DNA of 64,000 nucleotides from the human T2T-CHM13v2.0 reference genome, Homo sapiens. The position numbers and the translations under genes are program-made. The DNA is taken from NCBI RefSeq assembly GCF_009914755.1, contig NC_060940.1. One strand, 5' to 3'. Below, in pieces: positions 13,812 to 26,915 of this stretch. A model generated the notes under the pieces. That model did not search any database, was not told the origin of the DNA, and saw nothing but the letters and a program-made list of their open reading frames with translations. Positions within the stretch are counted from its first letter, which is position 1, and every line of letters starts with the position of its first letter.

Positions 13812-14336
13812 TGTGTTAGTTTCCTGTTGCTGCTGTAACAAATACCCCAACCTCAGTGGCTAAAGCAACACCAATCTATTATCTTACACTTCTGAAGTCC
13901 AACATAGATCTCAACAGGCTGAAATCAAGGTGTCAGCAGGGATGCATTTCTTTCTGGAGTCTTTGGAAGAGACTCTAAAGGGCTCTCAAGAAATCCCTTT
14001 CTTGTCTTTTTCATCTTCCAGAGTCTGCTCACATTGCTTGGTTCATGGTCCCTTCTTCCATCTGCATTGCCAGCAAGGGCAGGTCAAGTTATTCTCACAT
14101 CATTCTGACCTGTTTTTATTTCCATATGCCTTTCTCTGATTCTCTCTTCGGCCTCCCTTTTCCATTTTTAAACCCTTGTGATGACATTGAGCCCTTCTAG
14201 TTAATTCAGGATAATTGCCTTATCTGAAGTCAGCTGATTAAAAACCTTAATTCCCCTTTGCCATGTAAGATAACATATTCATGGGTTGCAGGGATTAGCA
14301 CATGGGCATCTTGGGACCATCAGTCAGGCTGCTACA
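13812..14336 (-). mobile_element. MaLR solo LTR, MLT1D-like
   Basis: TGTGTTAGTTTCCTGTTGCTGCTGTAACAAA..AAATCAAGGTGTCAGCAGGG..AAGTCAGCTGATTA..GGGATTAG..CTACA. Confidence 0.85.
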
Positions 14337-14379
14337 GCCCCTTATGCAACTTGAAGGAGAGAAGCATGCCTGCATTGAG

Positions 14380-14565
14380 CCGTGTATTTTATGGGATGTT
14401 AGTGGATAATACCTAAAAGTAACAGTGTGTTGTTCCCTTGTCAAGTATGTTTGGGGAAACTGGTTTAAACCAAAACCAGGTTGCTTTACTATAGGACTGC
14501 AAAATTGTTAATATGTTAATGTGCATGGTGAATCACCATTTTCTGAAAATATTTGATGTGGAATT
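14380..14565. mobile_element. hAT-Charlie (Charlie4-like) fragment
   Basis: gtcaagtatgtttggggaaactgg..ctttactataggact..taatatgttaatgtgcat. Confidence 0.55.
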
Positions 14566-14639
14566 CTCCTTAATAAATTTCAAAATACTGGCCCTTTCTA
14601 AAAATTTTAGAATAAAATGTTAAACATATATATTTTTTT

Positions 14640-14896
14640 CTTTTAATACTTGGCTGTATTTTCTTTGCTAAAGTTGTATTAGATGTTTGCATTTACATTT
14701 TTAAGTAAGGTTAGGTTATGGCTTTCTTTTAGGGTGTAATTTCTATTCGGTTTTGGTATTTTTTTCAAAGGAATTTGGAAGATTTGGCTTCTTGAAAATA
14801 TTCTTGCATTATCTGGATAATTTAGGTGTTAGCTGCCCTTAAACGTTCAAAAAGAGTGCCCTATAAAACCATTCATCCATGGTATCATTTTTAAAT
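14640..14896 (-). mobile_element. ancient L1 ORF2 fragment (host element, left part)
   Basis: Diverged antisense ORF2 sequence that continues colinearly at 17937. Confidence 0.55.
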
Positions 14897-17800
14897 TTTT
14901 ATTCATTAATTATATATATATTTTACAACATATAATTTATACATATTAAAATTATTAGACTTCATTTTAGAGCAATTTTAGGTTTAGGGAAAAATTGAGG
15001 AGAAAGTACATTGAGTTCCCATAGGCCCCTTCACTCCCCAATACAATTTTCTCTATTATTAACATCTTGCATTACTGTGGTATATTTGTTTCAACTCAAG
15101 AGCCAATATTGATATATTATCATTAACTAAAGTTTGTGGTTCATATTAGGATTCATTCTTGGTGTTGTGCATTCTACTGGTTTTGTCAAATGTATTAATG
15201 ATATGTACCCACCATTATAGTATCATACAGAATAGTTTCACTGCCCTAAAAATTCAGGGCTCCACCTCTTCATTCTCCCCTCCCCTCCCTCTGCACAAGA
15301 CCCTGGCAAATGATGATCTTTTGACTGTCCTCATAGTTGTGCCTTTTCCAGGTTGTCACATAGTTGTAATCATACAGTACATAGCCTTTTCAGATTGGCT
15401 TATTTCACTTAACAATACGCATTAATGTTCCTGCACATTTTTTTGTAGCTTGGTGGCTTATTTCGTTTTATTGCAAAGTAATATTGCATTGTATGGACTT
15501 CCCTTCATTTGTTTATTCATTCATTTATTGAAGGACATCTTGATCATTTCTGTGTTTTGACAGTTACAAATAAAGCTATACAGACACTAATGTATAGGTT
15601 TTTCTGTGGACATAAATTAATCTATTCATTTGGCTAAATATCCAAAACAGCAGTTGCCGATTGTATTGTAAGAACATGTTGAGTTTTGAAAAAACTGCCA
15701 AACTGTTTTCTAAAGTGGCTGCAGCATTTTGCATTCCCACCAGGAATGAATGAGAGCTTTTGTTGCTCCACATCCTCCTTATCATTTGTCAGTGTTTTAG
15801 ATTCTAACCATTCTAATTTATAGATGAGTAGTGGTATCTCACTATTGTTTTAATTTGCAGGTCTGTAGTAAACTATAATGGTAAGCATCTGTTTGTATGC
15901 TCATTTGCTACCTGCATATCTTTTTTGGTGAGACATCTGTTCAGGTCTTTTGCTCATTTTTAAATTTGGCTGTTTTCTTATTGTTGAATCTTAAGAGTTC
16001 TTTATATTTTGGATACCAGTCCTTTATTAGATATGTTTTTTGCAACTATTTCCTCCCATTCTGTAGTTTGTCTTTTCATTCCCTTGACAGTGTGTTTGTA
16101 GAGCAATTTTTAATTTTAATGAAGTAAGTCCAACTTACCAATTTTTTTGATGGATCACAACTGATGGATCACAATGTTGTTTTATGGATCACTAAGAAAT
16201 CAGTGCCAAACCCAAGGTCACCTAGATTTTTTGTTGTCTTCTAGGAGTTTTATAGTACTGTAGTTCACATTTAGGTCTATAATTTATTTGAAACTAATTT
16301 CTGCAAAAACTGTCAGATCTGTATCTAGATTCGTTTTTTTGCATGTGATGTTCAGTTGTTCCAACATCTTTTGTTGAAAAGACTATTATTTTTTCATTGA
16401 ATTGCCTTTTCTCTTTTGTCAAAGATCAGTTGACTACCTTTGTGTAGATTTATTTCTGGGTACTCTATTTTGTTATATTAACATATTTGTCTCTGTTTTC
16501 ACCAATACCACAGTGTCTTGACTACTCTAGCTTTATAGTATGCCTTGAAGTTGGGTAGTGTCAGACCTCAAATTTTGTTCTTCTTCAATATTTTTTGGCT
16601 ATTCTGGGTCTTTTTTTAATAATCTGCTTGTTGACAACCATAAAATGATTTGCTGGTACTTTGGTTGGTACTGTATTGAATATATTGATTAATTTGGGAA
16701 GAACTGACATCTTGATGATGTTGTCTTCCTATTCATGTACATGCAATATATGTTCATTTATTTAAATATTCATTAATTTTTCATCAAAGTTTTGTCATTT
16801 TCTTCATATAGATCTTGTATATATTTTATTAGATTTATACCTAAGTGTTTCATTTTCTTTTATAGTGCTAATGTAAATGGTATTGTGTTTTTAATTCAAA
16901 TCCCAACTGTTCTTTGCTGGTATATAGGAAATCAGTTGACTTTTGTATAGTAGCCTTGTATCCTGCAACATTTCTATAATTGCTTAATAGCTCCAGGAGT
17001 TATTTATTTATTTATTTATTTACTTATTTATTTATTCTTTTAAATTTTCTACATAGACAATCATGTCATCTGTGAACAAAGAAGGCTTTCTTTCTTTCTC
17101 CAAACCTTTATATATTTTATTTCCTTTTCTTGTCTTATTGCATTAGCTAGGGGTTCCAATATGATGCTGAATAAGAGTGGTGAAAGCAGACATTATTACT
17201 TTGTTCCTGATCTTAGAAGGATACCATCTATTTTCTCACCATTATGATGTTAGCTATTGATTTTTTTGTGGAACTCTTTATGAAGTTGAGGAACTTCCCC
17301 TTTATTCCTAGTTTACTGCGAGTTTTCATGATGAATGAGTGTTGGATTTTGTTAAATGATTTTTTTTCCACAACTACTTATTTGATTTAACTGATTGTAT
17401 AATTTTTCTTCTTTAGCCTATTGATGTGATAGATTATATTCATTGACTATTGAATGTTGAACTAGACTTTTATACCTAGAATAAATCCCACTTGGCTATG
17501 TGTATAATTCTTTATATTGTTAAATATGATTGGCTAATATCTTGTTGAAGATTTTTGCTTCGATGTTTATGAGAGATATTGGTCTTTAGTTTCCTCTTTT
17601 CATAATGTTTTTGTCTAGTTTTGGTATTATGTTAATGCTGGTGTCATAGAATGAGTTAGGAAATATTCCTTCTGTTTTCTGGAAGAAACTGTAAAAACGT
17701 AGTAGCATTTCTTCCTTAACCATTTGAATTCACTAGTGAATACATGCAGGTCTGGTGCTATCTGTTTTGGAAGGTTATTAATTATTGATTCAATTTGGTT

Positions 17801-17920
17801 ATAGATATGGGCCTATTTAGATAGTCTATTTGTCTTTGTGTGAGTTTTGGTTACATCATTCACAAAGTTGGTTCATTTTCTCTAGGTTATCAAATTTACA
17901 TACAGAGTTATTCATAATCC
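14897..17920 (-). mobile_element. 5'-truncated L1 (L1MC1/2-like), ~3 kb, 3'UTR plus degenerate ORF2
   Basis: L1MC-type 3' end (agagcaattttaggttta..ccattatagtatcatacagaatagtttcactgccctaaa) and typical antisense ORF2 motifs; probable TSD TGGTATC(A)TTTTTAAAT at 14880-14896 and 17921-17936. Confidence 0.9.
17000..17036 (+). repeat. (TTTA)n microsatellite inside L1
   Basis: Directly visible. Confidence 0.9.
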
Positions 17921-17936
17921 TGGTATCTTTTTAAAT

Positions 17937-18650
17937 AGTAGATCTTTGACAAATATTTACATTTATTTTCTGGTTATTGAAATAGTATGGATGCTTCCTC
18001 GGTTTATCTTTGTTGAGCCAATTTTAACAATTTATCTCCTTAGGAAGTTATTATTTTGATCTACATTTTTAAATGTATTGGCATAATGTTGCACAAAATA
18101 TTTCTTCTAGCTCATCTAATCTCTTAACATTTATATTTCCAGCTTCTGTTTTATTTTAAAAGTTGTAGTTCTCTTTCTTCTTGTCTCTTCTTTTAAAGAC
18201 TTTCAAGGAAGAGGGGGTAATTTTAATGCTCTGAAGAAGTTTTTGGTTATTAATTGCATTTTGTTTTCTAATTTATTAAATTCAGCTGTTATTATCATTA
18301 GTTATATAATAATTATACTTGGATTGTTTTGGTGTTATCTTTAGTTTCATAAGTTAAATATTTAATTTATTTCAATTTTTTATATCTTTCTTGTTTAATA
18401 ACCAAAATATCCACAATGAGGCTACATACTTTTGTAAATGATTTGTAACCTTGGGTTTGAGTTGTTGTAAGGTTTGTATGTTATAGGATTTCTTAAGATT
18501 TTCTTTATGGTAATATGATAAATATTGACAAATGTTTCCATAATAAAAAAGAATATGTATTTGCTATAGATTATTCAGTTTTGCATATATTTATTACATG
18601 TGCTGGTTAATAGTTTCCAATTCTTACTCTGCTTTCTCTTCACTTTCACT
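17937..18650 (-). mobile_element. ancient L1 ORF2 fragment (host element, right part)
   Basis: T-rich diverged antisense ORF2 continuing the segment that ends at 14896. Confidence 0.55.
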
Positions 18651-19029
18651 ACATTTAAAGATCTAATTCTCTTCACTTTCTAGAAACACTTTTTAGAGAT
18701 TTTTTACTTCAGAAGTCTAAACCCAGAGGATCCAGACATATGACCAATCACATTAGATTTTCAAAGTTTGTCCTAGCTGCCTTTCTCAGATGGAAGAATA
18801 TGTGATTGTTCTGATGGCCACTGGCAGTTTCCTGCCAAGGGAACACAGACTGATTGTTTACTGTATAAACGAGTTGCTGGGACACACTGAATTTTCTGGG
18901 GTAGAATTTGATCTCCACACAATATAAACAGCAAGGCAGAGAAAAGGGAAAAAAATTATTTTCTTCTGTGTTTCCAAGGAATGAGATTTCAAAGGCGGCA
19001 ATGTAGCCATCCCATGAAACAGCCAATAA

Positions 19030-19340
19030 ACACTCAACAGCCAACATCTCATCTAGATTTGTTCTCTGTAATATCCTCATCAACCTACTACTCTGCATCC
19101 CACCATCATCTCTGGTCTGTCTCAAGGCTTAATTAATTCAGACCAGGGCCCATGTAAGAACTTCCTAACTGATGGTTCTGCTTTCTGTCTCTGTTCCTTC
19201 CTGTCATTTAACCCCAATAACCTATATTCCTAAAGCACTACTCTGAGAACAGCTTTCCCTTAAAATCTCCCTACACAATGAAGCCAAAACTTCTTAGACA
19301 CCAGATTTCCTTGAGAATAGGACCAGCCCTCCTTTCTAAC
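19030..19340 (+). mobile_element. L2 internal fragment
   Basis: cttcctaactgatggttctgcttt..ttcctaaagcac..ccaaaacttcttag. Confidence 0.5.
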
Positions 19341-19494
19341 CTTTTCAACCTACCCCTTTCCATTAACCCTCATGACATCCCAGTCATAAACTCATAAACT
19401 GCATACCCATTTTTTACTTTGTCATCACGAAACATTGTCAAGCTGAAAATCTTTTGTTTCCTACATTAAAAATTGGGATACCTAAAGTCATAGT

Positions 19495-19645
19495 TCCATA
19501 AGTACCTTGTGATGTACTAGGCATTGTAGTGAATGTTCTACATGTATTATCTTCACTTAATCTTCACAACATTTTGATGCGATAGGCATTGTTATTATCA
19601 CTGGCCATTTAACACACAAGGGCATGGACACTTAGAGCAGTCAAG
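19495..19645 (-). mobile_element. MIR SINE
   Basis: taggcattgt..cacttaatcttcacaac..taggcattgttattatc. Confidence 0.65.
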
Positions 19646-20152
19646 TCTGAATCCAATGCATACTTGGTTAAGTGTTACGCTGTACTCTTCCTTAATTACC
19701 CTGCCAGGACCAAGAGAATCCTTGCAGTCTAGACTAATGACTCACATAAAGTAGGCACTCATTATATAGTGAATAAATGGTTGAATGACTGAGGAAATGT
19801 GAAAAGACATCTTAAAATGCTTTAGAAATGGTAAATTACTATGCAAATATTATATGTCATCCACAAAATCACTATTATTAAGCTGCTTTTATGATGAAAG
19901 TTGATACCTTTTTTCATTTATTTCTATGCCTTGTATTAATATTTGCTAAGTGAAAACATTGATCTAGGTTTTTGTCAATTGTTTTTCCTCTAAAGCCAAG
20001 CAGAAACTTCATCTTCCATCATGTGAACACCTTGTCCAATTGGCAAATATTGACAGTAAGAAAACATCATGTTGAAATTAGCCTTCTATTCTTGTATATT
20101 ATTGAAAAATCAGAAGTACAAGACCATAGGCTGTAGAGGAGCTGTGTGCACC

Positions 20153-20156
<4 letters not shown>

Positions 20157-20184
<28 letters not shown>
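20157..20184 (+). repeat. (TG)14 microsatellite
   Basis: Directly visible. Confidence 0.95.
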
Positions 20185-20188
<4 letters not shown>

Positions 20189-20664
20189 TTTGCCCAACAT
20201 TTTCAAACATTTAGTTTTACTACATTTACTCTTTCTGACCCGGTACAATCTCAAACTGCATACAAGCAGCAGATGTCAGTGTTGTGCAACTTTCAGGCTG
20301 ACTGCTTGCAGAGGCAAGCTGTTCTTTGTCGCCTAGAGACAGAATCAACAGTCATTTGTACCCACAAACAAACACCCTTAGGTGCTAGGTAAATCGTAGA
20401 GGTCCCCCATAAAGAAACTGTAATTTGAGAAATTACACAGCAACTTATAAAGATGTAGTTGTGATTCAAAGGTTGCAATGGATGGGCACAGCATAAATAG
20501 TGGAACCTATCGTGTTTTGCTGGCCGAGAAGGAGATAGGGACACCCAGAAAGCACTGGTTTGGCTCCTTTGTCACAACTGCTGTGAGCCAAAGCAAAGGA
20601 AGGTCAGACTAAATCGGCCTCGTTTGATGAAAGAACAGTGTTTTCTATTTGCAACCCATGTGGT

Positions 20665-21200
20665 CAGATGGCCAAACTCCTAATATGTCCTCAAAGCCCA
20701 ACATAATCTGGTTTCTGACTGCTTCTATAGCTTTCTTGGGAGCCACTCTTTCTCCTTTTTCTCTGCTGCAGCCACTGCATTCTTCCCAGCTCACAGGCTC
20801 TGCTTGTAATGCTCTTGCCACATGCCCCTGTCTCTCCTTTAGTGTCTACTCTTCAGATCTCAGCTCAAATGTCCCTTTATCCTGAAAAGTCAGGCTCCAT
20901 ACATCAGGTCTTTCTTTTATGGTCTCATAGTACCCTTTAATGCCCCTCCATAGACTTATCACAATTTTCAATTATATATGTGTCTGATTCTTTAATTAGT
21001 ATCTGTGTACCCAGCTCCAATAAAAGTGCCAATTCCATAAAGGTAGATTATGTGGCTGTTTTGCCCATTACTGTTTCCCTAGTACCTAGCATGGTACACG
21101 GCATATGGAAGATTCTCAACATATAAATGTTAAATAAAAAAAATGTTAAGAGGATGAATGAATGGATAAATAAGTAAATTGGTGAATGAACAAATACGTG
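20665..21200 (+). mobile_element. L2 3' region
   Basis: ttcagatctcagctcaaatgtcc..ccctagtacctagcatggta..ggcatat..gaatgaatgga tail. Confidence 0.75.
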
Positions 21201-22394
21201 AATTGATTCCATCTACTCTTCCACTGAATAGACATCCATGTACCAGTGAGCGAATACAAGGTAGGCTGGCTTAAGAAGAGGAGAGTATCTCAAATACCTG
21301 GATATAGAGTGATCACTGTTGTTCCAGGATTCTGAGAATAACTCAGCAGGTTGAGAGACTGACCTGCACAAATGGATTCTGACTTGGGCCTACATTCTGG
21401 TGGCAGAGTTCGAGTTCTCCCCTGCAGCAATGAATTTCTGTCTAGCACTTCTGAATGCAACCATCACATACTGGTCTCCTATCAGTAAAGAAAGGGGATC
21501 AGGTTGCAAATATGTGAGGAATACAGGCCTTTCTTCAGAATCGTGTATTTGGGATGTATCATGTGACAGAGAAGAGCTTATAGACAAAGATAAAGAGAGA
21601 TAAATGGGTTGATTTTTTTCTTCTAGGGTATACACCCAAAGGGGAGAATAATCTAGCTATTTTTCCTTCTTCCACAAGATGGGGCAATCGGAATGAATTT
21701 AACTACAAAGGCGGACTCACCAGTAAATGTCTTTTCCATGTTAAACAGCCCTATTCGGTCAGACCAGAAAAATGCAGCTGGTTTTGAACTTGTTTATGCA
21801 ACTGTGTAGCATTTCCTGAAAATGGTAGACCTGGGGTAGACAACAGTTAGGCTGGAGGGGAAAGCCTAGGGCACTTGCCCACTCTATATTGGAGTCAAAG
21901 GGTGCTGCCCAGCTTCCAGAACCCCCAGCATTCCAGCCCCAGGGAGTTGCAAGGGTCTCTGGCTCAGAAACAGCTACTGCAAAATTGAGCAAATTTACCA
22001 TTCAGAAACATTTTCTCACATTAGAAGGAAATTCTAGATGAGATATAATGATGTCTACTTTGAAATAAATTATTGTAATATAATCAATCACAGTGTACAA
22101 ATTCTAGTTCTTAATATTAGTCTGCTGCTTACAGTCTGCAAGATGATTTCATTCAGTGGAATATTCCACAATGCATTAAATCAGGCCGTACATAAAATAA
22201 TTATGACACTAGAGTTTTATTATTCTACCTATGACCTATGTGCACATAACCCTTCTTGCTTCTTCCTGGTTATAGGTCTATTACTAGATCATTATAAATT
22301 TTTCTTTGGAAAGAAATTAGTGGAAATGGGCTTGACAACAATTTCTAGATTAAATTAGCACTGTTCAGAAAGATAATTAATATTGGTATGGTAC

Positions 22395-22595
22395 TTTTTT
22401 GATCATTGTCTCATTTGATTTTCCCGACAATCTGTAGGCTAAATATTACTTTCATCATCACTCTTTCACAAATATATGACATGGGATATTTACTTATTCA
22501 AGTGTCAATATGGGATATTTATTTACTTAAGTAGGCACAGCAGGTAAAACCTGGAGATAGCCATGAACATGGCCTTCAGGTTCCAGTTCTGACAG
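22395..22595 (-). mobile_element. MIR fragment, degenerate
   Basis: cattgtctcatttgattttcccgacaa..cacagcaggtaa. Confidence 0.4.
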
Positions 22596-22669
22596 GTCAT
22601 GGAAGAGAGTAGGGAAAAGAGAGAAATTAGAGAAGGGAACTAGCACATGCTTTTATGAGGGCTAAATAC

Positions 22670-23160
22670 ACATTGTATAAGGTAGGAAACCCAGCCAAAG
22701 TGGCTTAAACCTCAAAAATAATGGATTGGCTCCCATAATAGAAAAATCCAGAAGTTCTAGTTCCAAAAGATGTCATCATGGATCTAGTCCTTGAGGACAG
22801 CTAGTTTCACCTGATATTTTCAGTTCATCCAGGTTATTTCCTTGTGGTAACAAAATAATCTAAGCAGGTTCGTGTCTCATAGGGTCCCACTGAACCACAT
22901 TGTTCTGGGGAAAAGAGTGCCTCTTCCTGAAGTTCTCTCACCTGTGACTCACCCTGTCATTGGCTCAAACGGGGTTAAAGGTCCATTCCTGAACCAATCT
23001 CAGCTGGGAAGATAGGCATGACTTATCGTCTTAACCCAATCAGAATTCCTACGCTGAAGCCAATTGCACTCAAACTTTCCTTGCTAACAGTGGGAGAGCT
23101 GTACATTATACAAAAAGAAAGCCAGGAGAAGGAGAAAATGGAGAAATCATAAAATATATC
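22670..23160 (-). mobile_element. old MaLR LTR (MLT1J/K-like)
   Basis: aaacccagccaaagtggcttaaac..attggctcccataatagaaaaatccaga..cattggctcaa..ccattcctgaaccaatc. Confidence 0.65.
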
Positions 23161-23599
23161 TACATTTTTTGGAGTTTAACAAATTAGAAAACATTGTCTC
23201 TTTTAATATATAAAAATTTATAAGAGTACTAGAACAATCCTGGTTGATACACAATTATTTTTTAAAAGCAATAAACCATTGTAAAATGTTCTGAAGAAGG
23301 CCTTAAGCATTAGCTTTAGAAAACTTAAAAACTAAATTTATAGATATTACACTAGCAACACCTGATGCCTAAAAAGCAGAGGATTGCTCAGTAACCCTGG
23401 AGAATTCAGACATTTAGAGCAGGCAAGTGTTAAGAGGTGGGAAAAAATACCAAAAACAAAAACATCCACTTAGGTTGAAAACTTGCTAGGTCCTTTATAT
23501 AAACATCTTCAAGAAGTACTATCCAATGAAACCTCCAAGGGCACTCTGTCTCCTCAACCACTAATTTTTTCAAGCACCTCTGTCCTCATTACTACAAGC

Positions 23600-23708
23600 G
23601 TTTGGAGTGATAAGACCTCCCTATCTCACAGGGTTTTGTGACAAATAAAGGCAAGAATGTGCATAAAAGGCTTTGTTAATGTAAATGCTCACAAATGTAA
23701 GAATTATA
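23600..23708 (+). mobile_element. MIR 3' fragment
   Basis: cctatctcacagggttttgtga..aatgtgcataaaag..caaatgtaag. Confidence 0.65.
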
Positions 23709-24149
23709 TTGATGAGAATTTTATGTATAGTTTTTAAGATGCTGTAGAAAAAGAAGACATACCTACCAAAAAACAGGTTCTACATTGACCTTAACAAAAT
23801 AAATGGATGTCAGTTACATATAGCTCGCTTGCACCAACCTCCCATTTTCCCACTTCATCAATCTCAACTCTCTCAGATCTTCGCCTAATGCACTCCACAT
23901 AGTACACTCTGAACTTTTTGCACAACCCAGATGGTATACATGGATCCATATGCCTGTTTTCAAGATTGGCTAATTGGCCTCATTTGCACAATAAACTATT
24001 AAGAACTCTCTAATAAAAGTCGACAATGTTGCCACACTTTGTTAAAGAGCTAAAGGTTCTGAGATGCAATGCCTATCATCACTTTATAAAAGAGCTGAAT
24101 TTGAGAGAAAAAGCTCTTACAAACCCTTATTGAAGGAGAATTTTCCCAA

Positions 24150-24565
24150 TGGACACAGTCTTAGGAACAGTTGGGACCAGGGACTCCAATGCCACCAGGA
24201 TTCTCTCTTTTTCCCAACTCTGCTTCTCTGTTTGCTGGCTTCATTCTTTCCATGCAAACCAGCTTTCACAACATAGTGAAAAACATGGCTGTCTAAGCTT
24301 CCATGGCTATAAACTTCTATCTCCTATTTCCAATTTGAAAAATTCCAGGAAGAGATTGGCATACATTGGGTTGGATGTCCAGCCCTTTATCAATCAATCA
24401 TGTCCAGGGTATAAGGTCTGATAAATGCATTGTAACTGTAAACAAATATTTGTAGTTGGGAATGTAAGAGCTCCCCACCAAAAAGAGGGCCTATTTTTAC
24501 AAAATAAATGAATAGTTTGTCCTGGTAGTGGTTGTCCTGGGTAGGCAAAAGATTAGTGTCCACAT
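24150..24565 (-). mobile_element. old MaLR LTR (MLT1K/L-like)
   Basis: gggaccagggactccaatgccaccagg..ctctgcttctctg..ggcttcattct..tgggtaggcaaaa..gtccaca. Confidence 0.6.
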
Positions 24566-25479
24566 AAAAAGGCAGAGTTAGTAAAGACATGAGTCTGCCC
24601 CTGTAAAACAGTACCAGTCAAACATTTCCCCAGGTCCGAGATTTGTTTACTCTATAATAAGAAGAATAAACCTGCCCATTCCACCAAACTGTGGCAACAA
24701 TCGCCTGAAACGTGAGTGCATAGTAACTTCAAAAATATTACAAAATTTCAAGGTATGACTGTTGCTATTACTATCTATATAGGTTACTAAATTTCCCATT
24801 TTTCACACTGATGCCTGGAGTCAGACTGACACAGCAAGTAGTTTGAATAAACTGAAGCTCATCTAACATCACAGGCTGTGAGTACACTCCTTCTCAAGCC
24901 ATATTGCCGTCCAGCTGTGTGTGGTTATTATGCCAAGTTCATCAAGAGATATTTGAGCTTCTCAGGGAGCAGGAGGAGGGGAAGACAGAATGAGACTCAG
25001 ATGGAAGGAAATAACTCAACCAAAAAACCTCTGATTAGTCTACTTCCTAGAGAACTTCCTTCTACTTTCCAAACTCTTAGTCACTGTTCTATCTTCCAGA
25101 CAATTATCAGCTAATTAATTTCCATGCGGACAAAGATCGCTGTTTAATAGGTCAGCAGTGTATCACCTTGAAGTGAAAATCAGCAAAGGAAAGAAGGGTA
25201 AATGATAAAAGGCATCAATAGTATGATGTCTGTCCTAAGTCAACACTGGGAATAGGGATTCAGTCACTGGGCACCAACTTCACTGCTAATGAATGATGAG
25301 TGACTGACTATAATACTAAGGCTTGTTATTTCTGTGCTACCCTTCCCTTTACATAATATCAAAGGGAAAGTCCCCAAATAATGACAAAACACACCACTTA
25401 TATTGCACACTATAATTTCCTAGGCATGTTCCCATATGCCATTTATCGAAAATGGTGTACTTACAGTCTATTAGAAACA

Positions 25480-25660
25480 TTGCTGAACTTGGGAGCCTTA
25501 AGTACTTGCCACTTAACCAGTTTGGTGGCCTTGGGAAAAGTCTTGACTTCCATTTCTTCATTTGTAAATTGGGGATAAGAGTATGTTTTTCAACATCTTA
25601 GCATGAGGCTTGAATGCAAGGATTTATAAGTTATCTGTAAAGTGTGACATAAATATGAAG
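25480..25660 (+). mobile_element. MIR SINE
   Basis: gccacttaaccag..ccttgggaaaagtc..tttcttcatttgtaaattggggataa. Confidence 0.7.
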
Positions 25661-25984
25661 AGTTTTTCATAAGGCCTAGTGAAAATCTCAGCAAAGGACG
25701 CAATGAAAATAAAGAAAACCTATGTTTGAACTTAATAAAACTCGGATTCAAACGATGCCAAGGAGTTGACCCGAAGTCACCCACAGGTAGCTGAAAGGTA
25801 CAAGTCTTCCAGTTCCAAGCCCTCTTTCCTATACTGCCTCACCGATGATCCACCAGGGGTGAACGTCAATATCTTTCCTCTGAAAATATATGTTTTATTC
25901 TATTATGTAAGCTGGGAAAAGAAAATGTAACTGAAGACATAGAATGAGTCATCCAGCAATTAGTTACCCTACATAATGCCACTG

Positions 25985-26245
25985 ATAATACATAGAACAA
26001 TGGCTGTATTGCTTCAGCACACAATCTGTCTCAAGCACCAGACTAAGGAATTTACATGCATTAAATCATTTAATCCTCAGAATTAGCCTATAAGGCAGGT
26101 ATGATTAATGTCCCCATCTTGCAGATGAGGAAGGTGAGGCACACGGGAATTAAGTATCCTGCCCCAAGTCACTTAGTGAGTGGCAGAGTGAGTATTCAAC
26201 ACAGACAAATTAGCTTCTGTGTCTGTAATCCTACCATTATGCTAG
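25985..26245 (-). mobile_element. MIR SINE, near full length
   Basis: tcatttaatcctcag..ccccatcttgcagatgaggaaggtgaggcac..gccccaagtcac..gtgagtggcagag. Confidence 0.85.
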
Positions 26246-26749
26246 GCCATCTCCCAAGGACACCAAGCCTAGTGCACCATCTGATTCTACCTTTTAAAAA
26301 CTCAAACAAGAGAAAGATGGATTTTATCCAGAGTTTTGAGCTGTATCTCATGTATTTCCAGAGGTTTTCCCACCAGTTTCTGGCTTCATACTGTCCAGCA
26401 TTGATCTCAAATATCCATCTTATCAGCATTGATCTCAGGGGTTTAAAATCATTTTGAAGGTGATAAAGTGAAGCACTTGTCCTTCTGGACAGCCCACCTC
26501 CTGTCTTGCTTTGTTAGTTTTAGTAAATGTGTGTTCAGGCAAAGTCAAAGGCCCCGAACAGAGACTCACCAGGCTCAGCACCATCCTTGCCTTTCCCATG
26601 TGGGAAGAATGCTTCTCCAGAAACAAGGTTGGCCTCGGAAGTTGGCTGTTGCCCAAATGGCAGGAGAGAGCGGCATAAGGGAGTCACACTGAAAGTGATT
26701 TTAAATTACACAAATTCAGCAAATACAGAAAGAGAAAGAAAATTTAAAT

Positions 26750-26915
26750 CAATGATACTAGACCGTGCTATACATTAGAATCACCTGACAAAGCTTAAAA
26801 AACAACTATCAAAACTTGGCCCACTCTGGAACAGCTAAACTAGAATGCTTGAGGACAGCACCTTGCTTTAAATCCTGCAGGCATTTTCTACACTTGGCTG
26901 GTGAACTTGAGATGG
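26750..26915. mobile_element. MER5-like hAT MITE
   Basis: acattagaatcacctgacaaagcttaaaaaa is the MER5A/B hallmark. Confidence 0.55.

Noticed and set aside
15159-16127. ORFs within the L1MC element
   Set aside because: Short frames in a degenerate L1; 15576-15785 is a broken piece of the ORF2 C-terminus
18748-19125. 125-aa minus-strand ORF
   Set aside because: Non-ATG start, partly in L2, no recognisable domain
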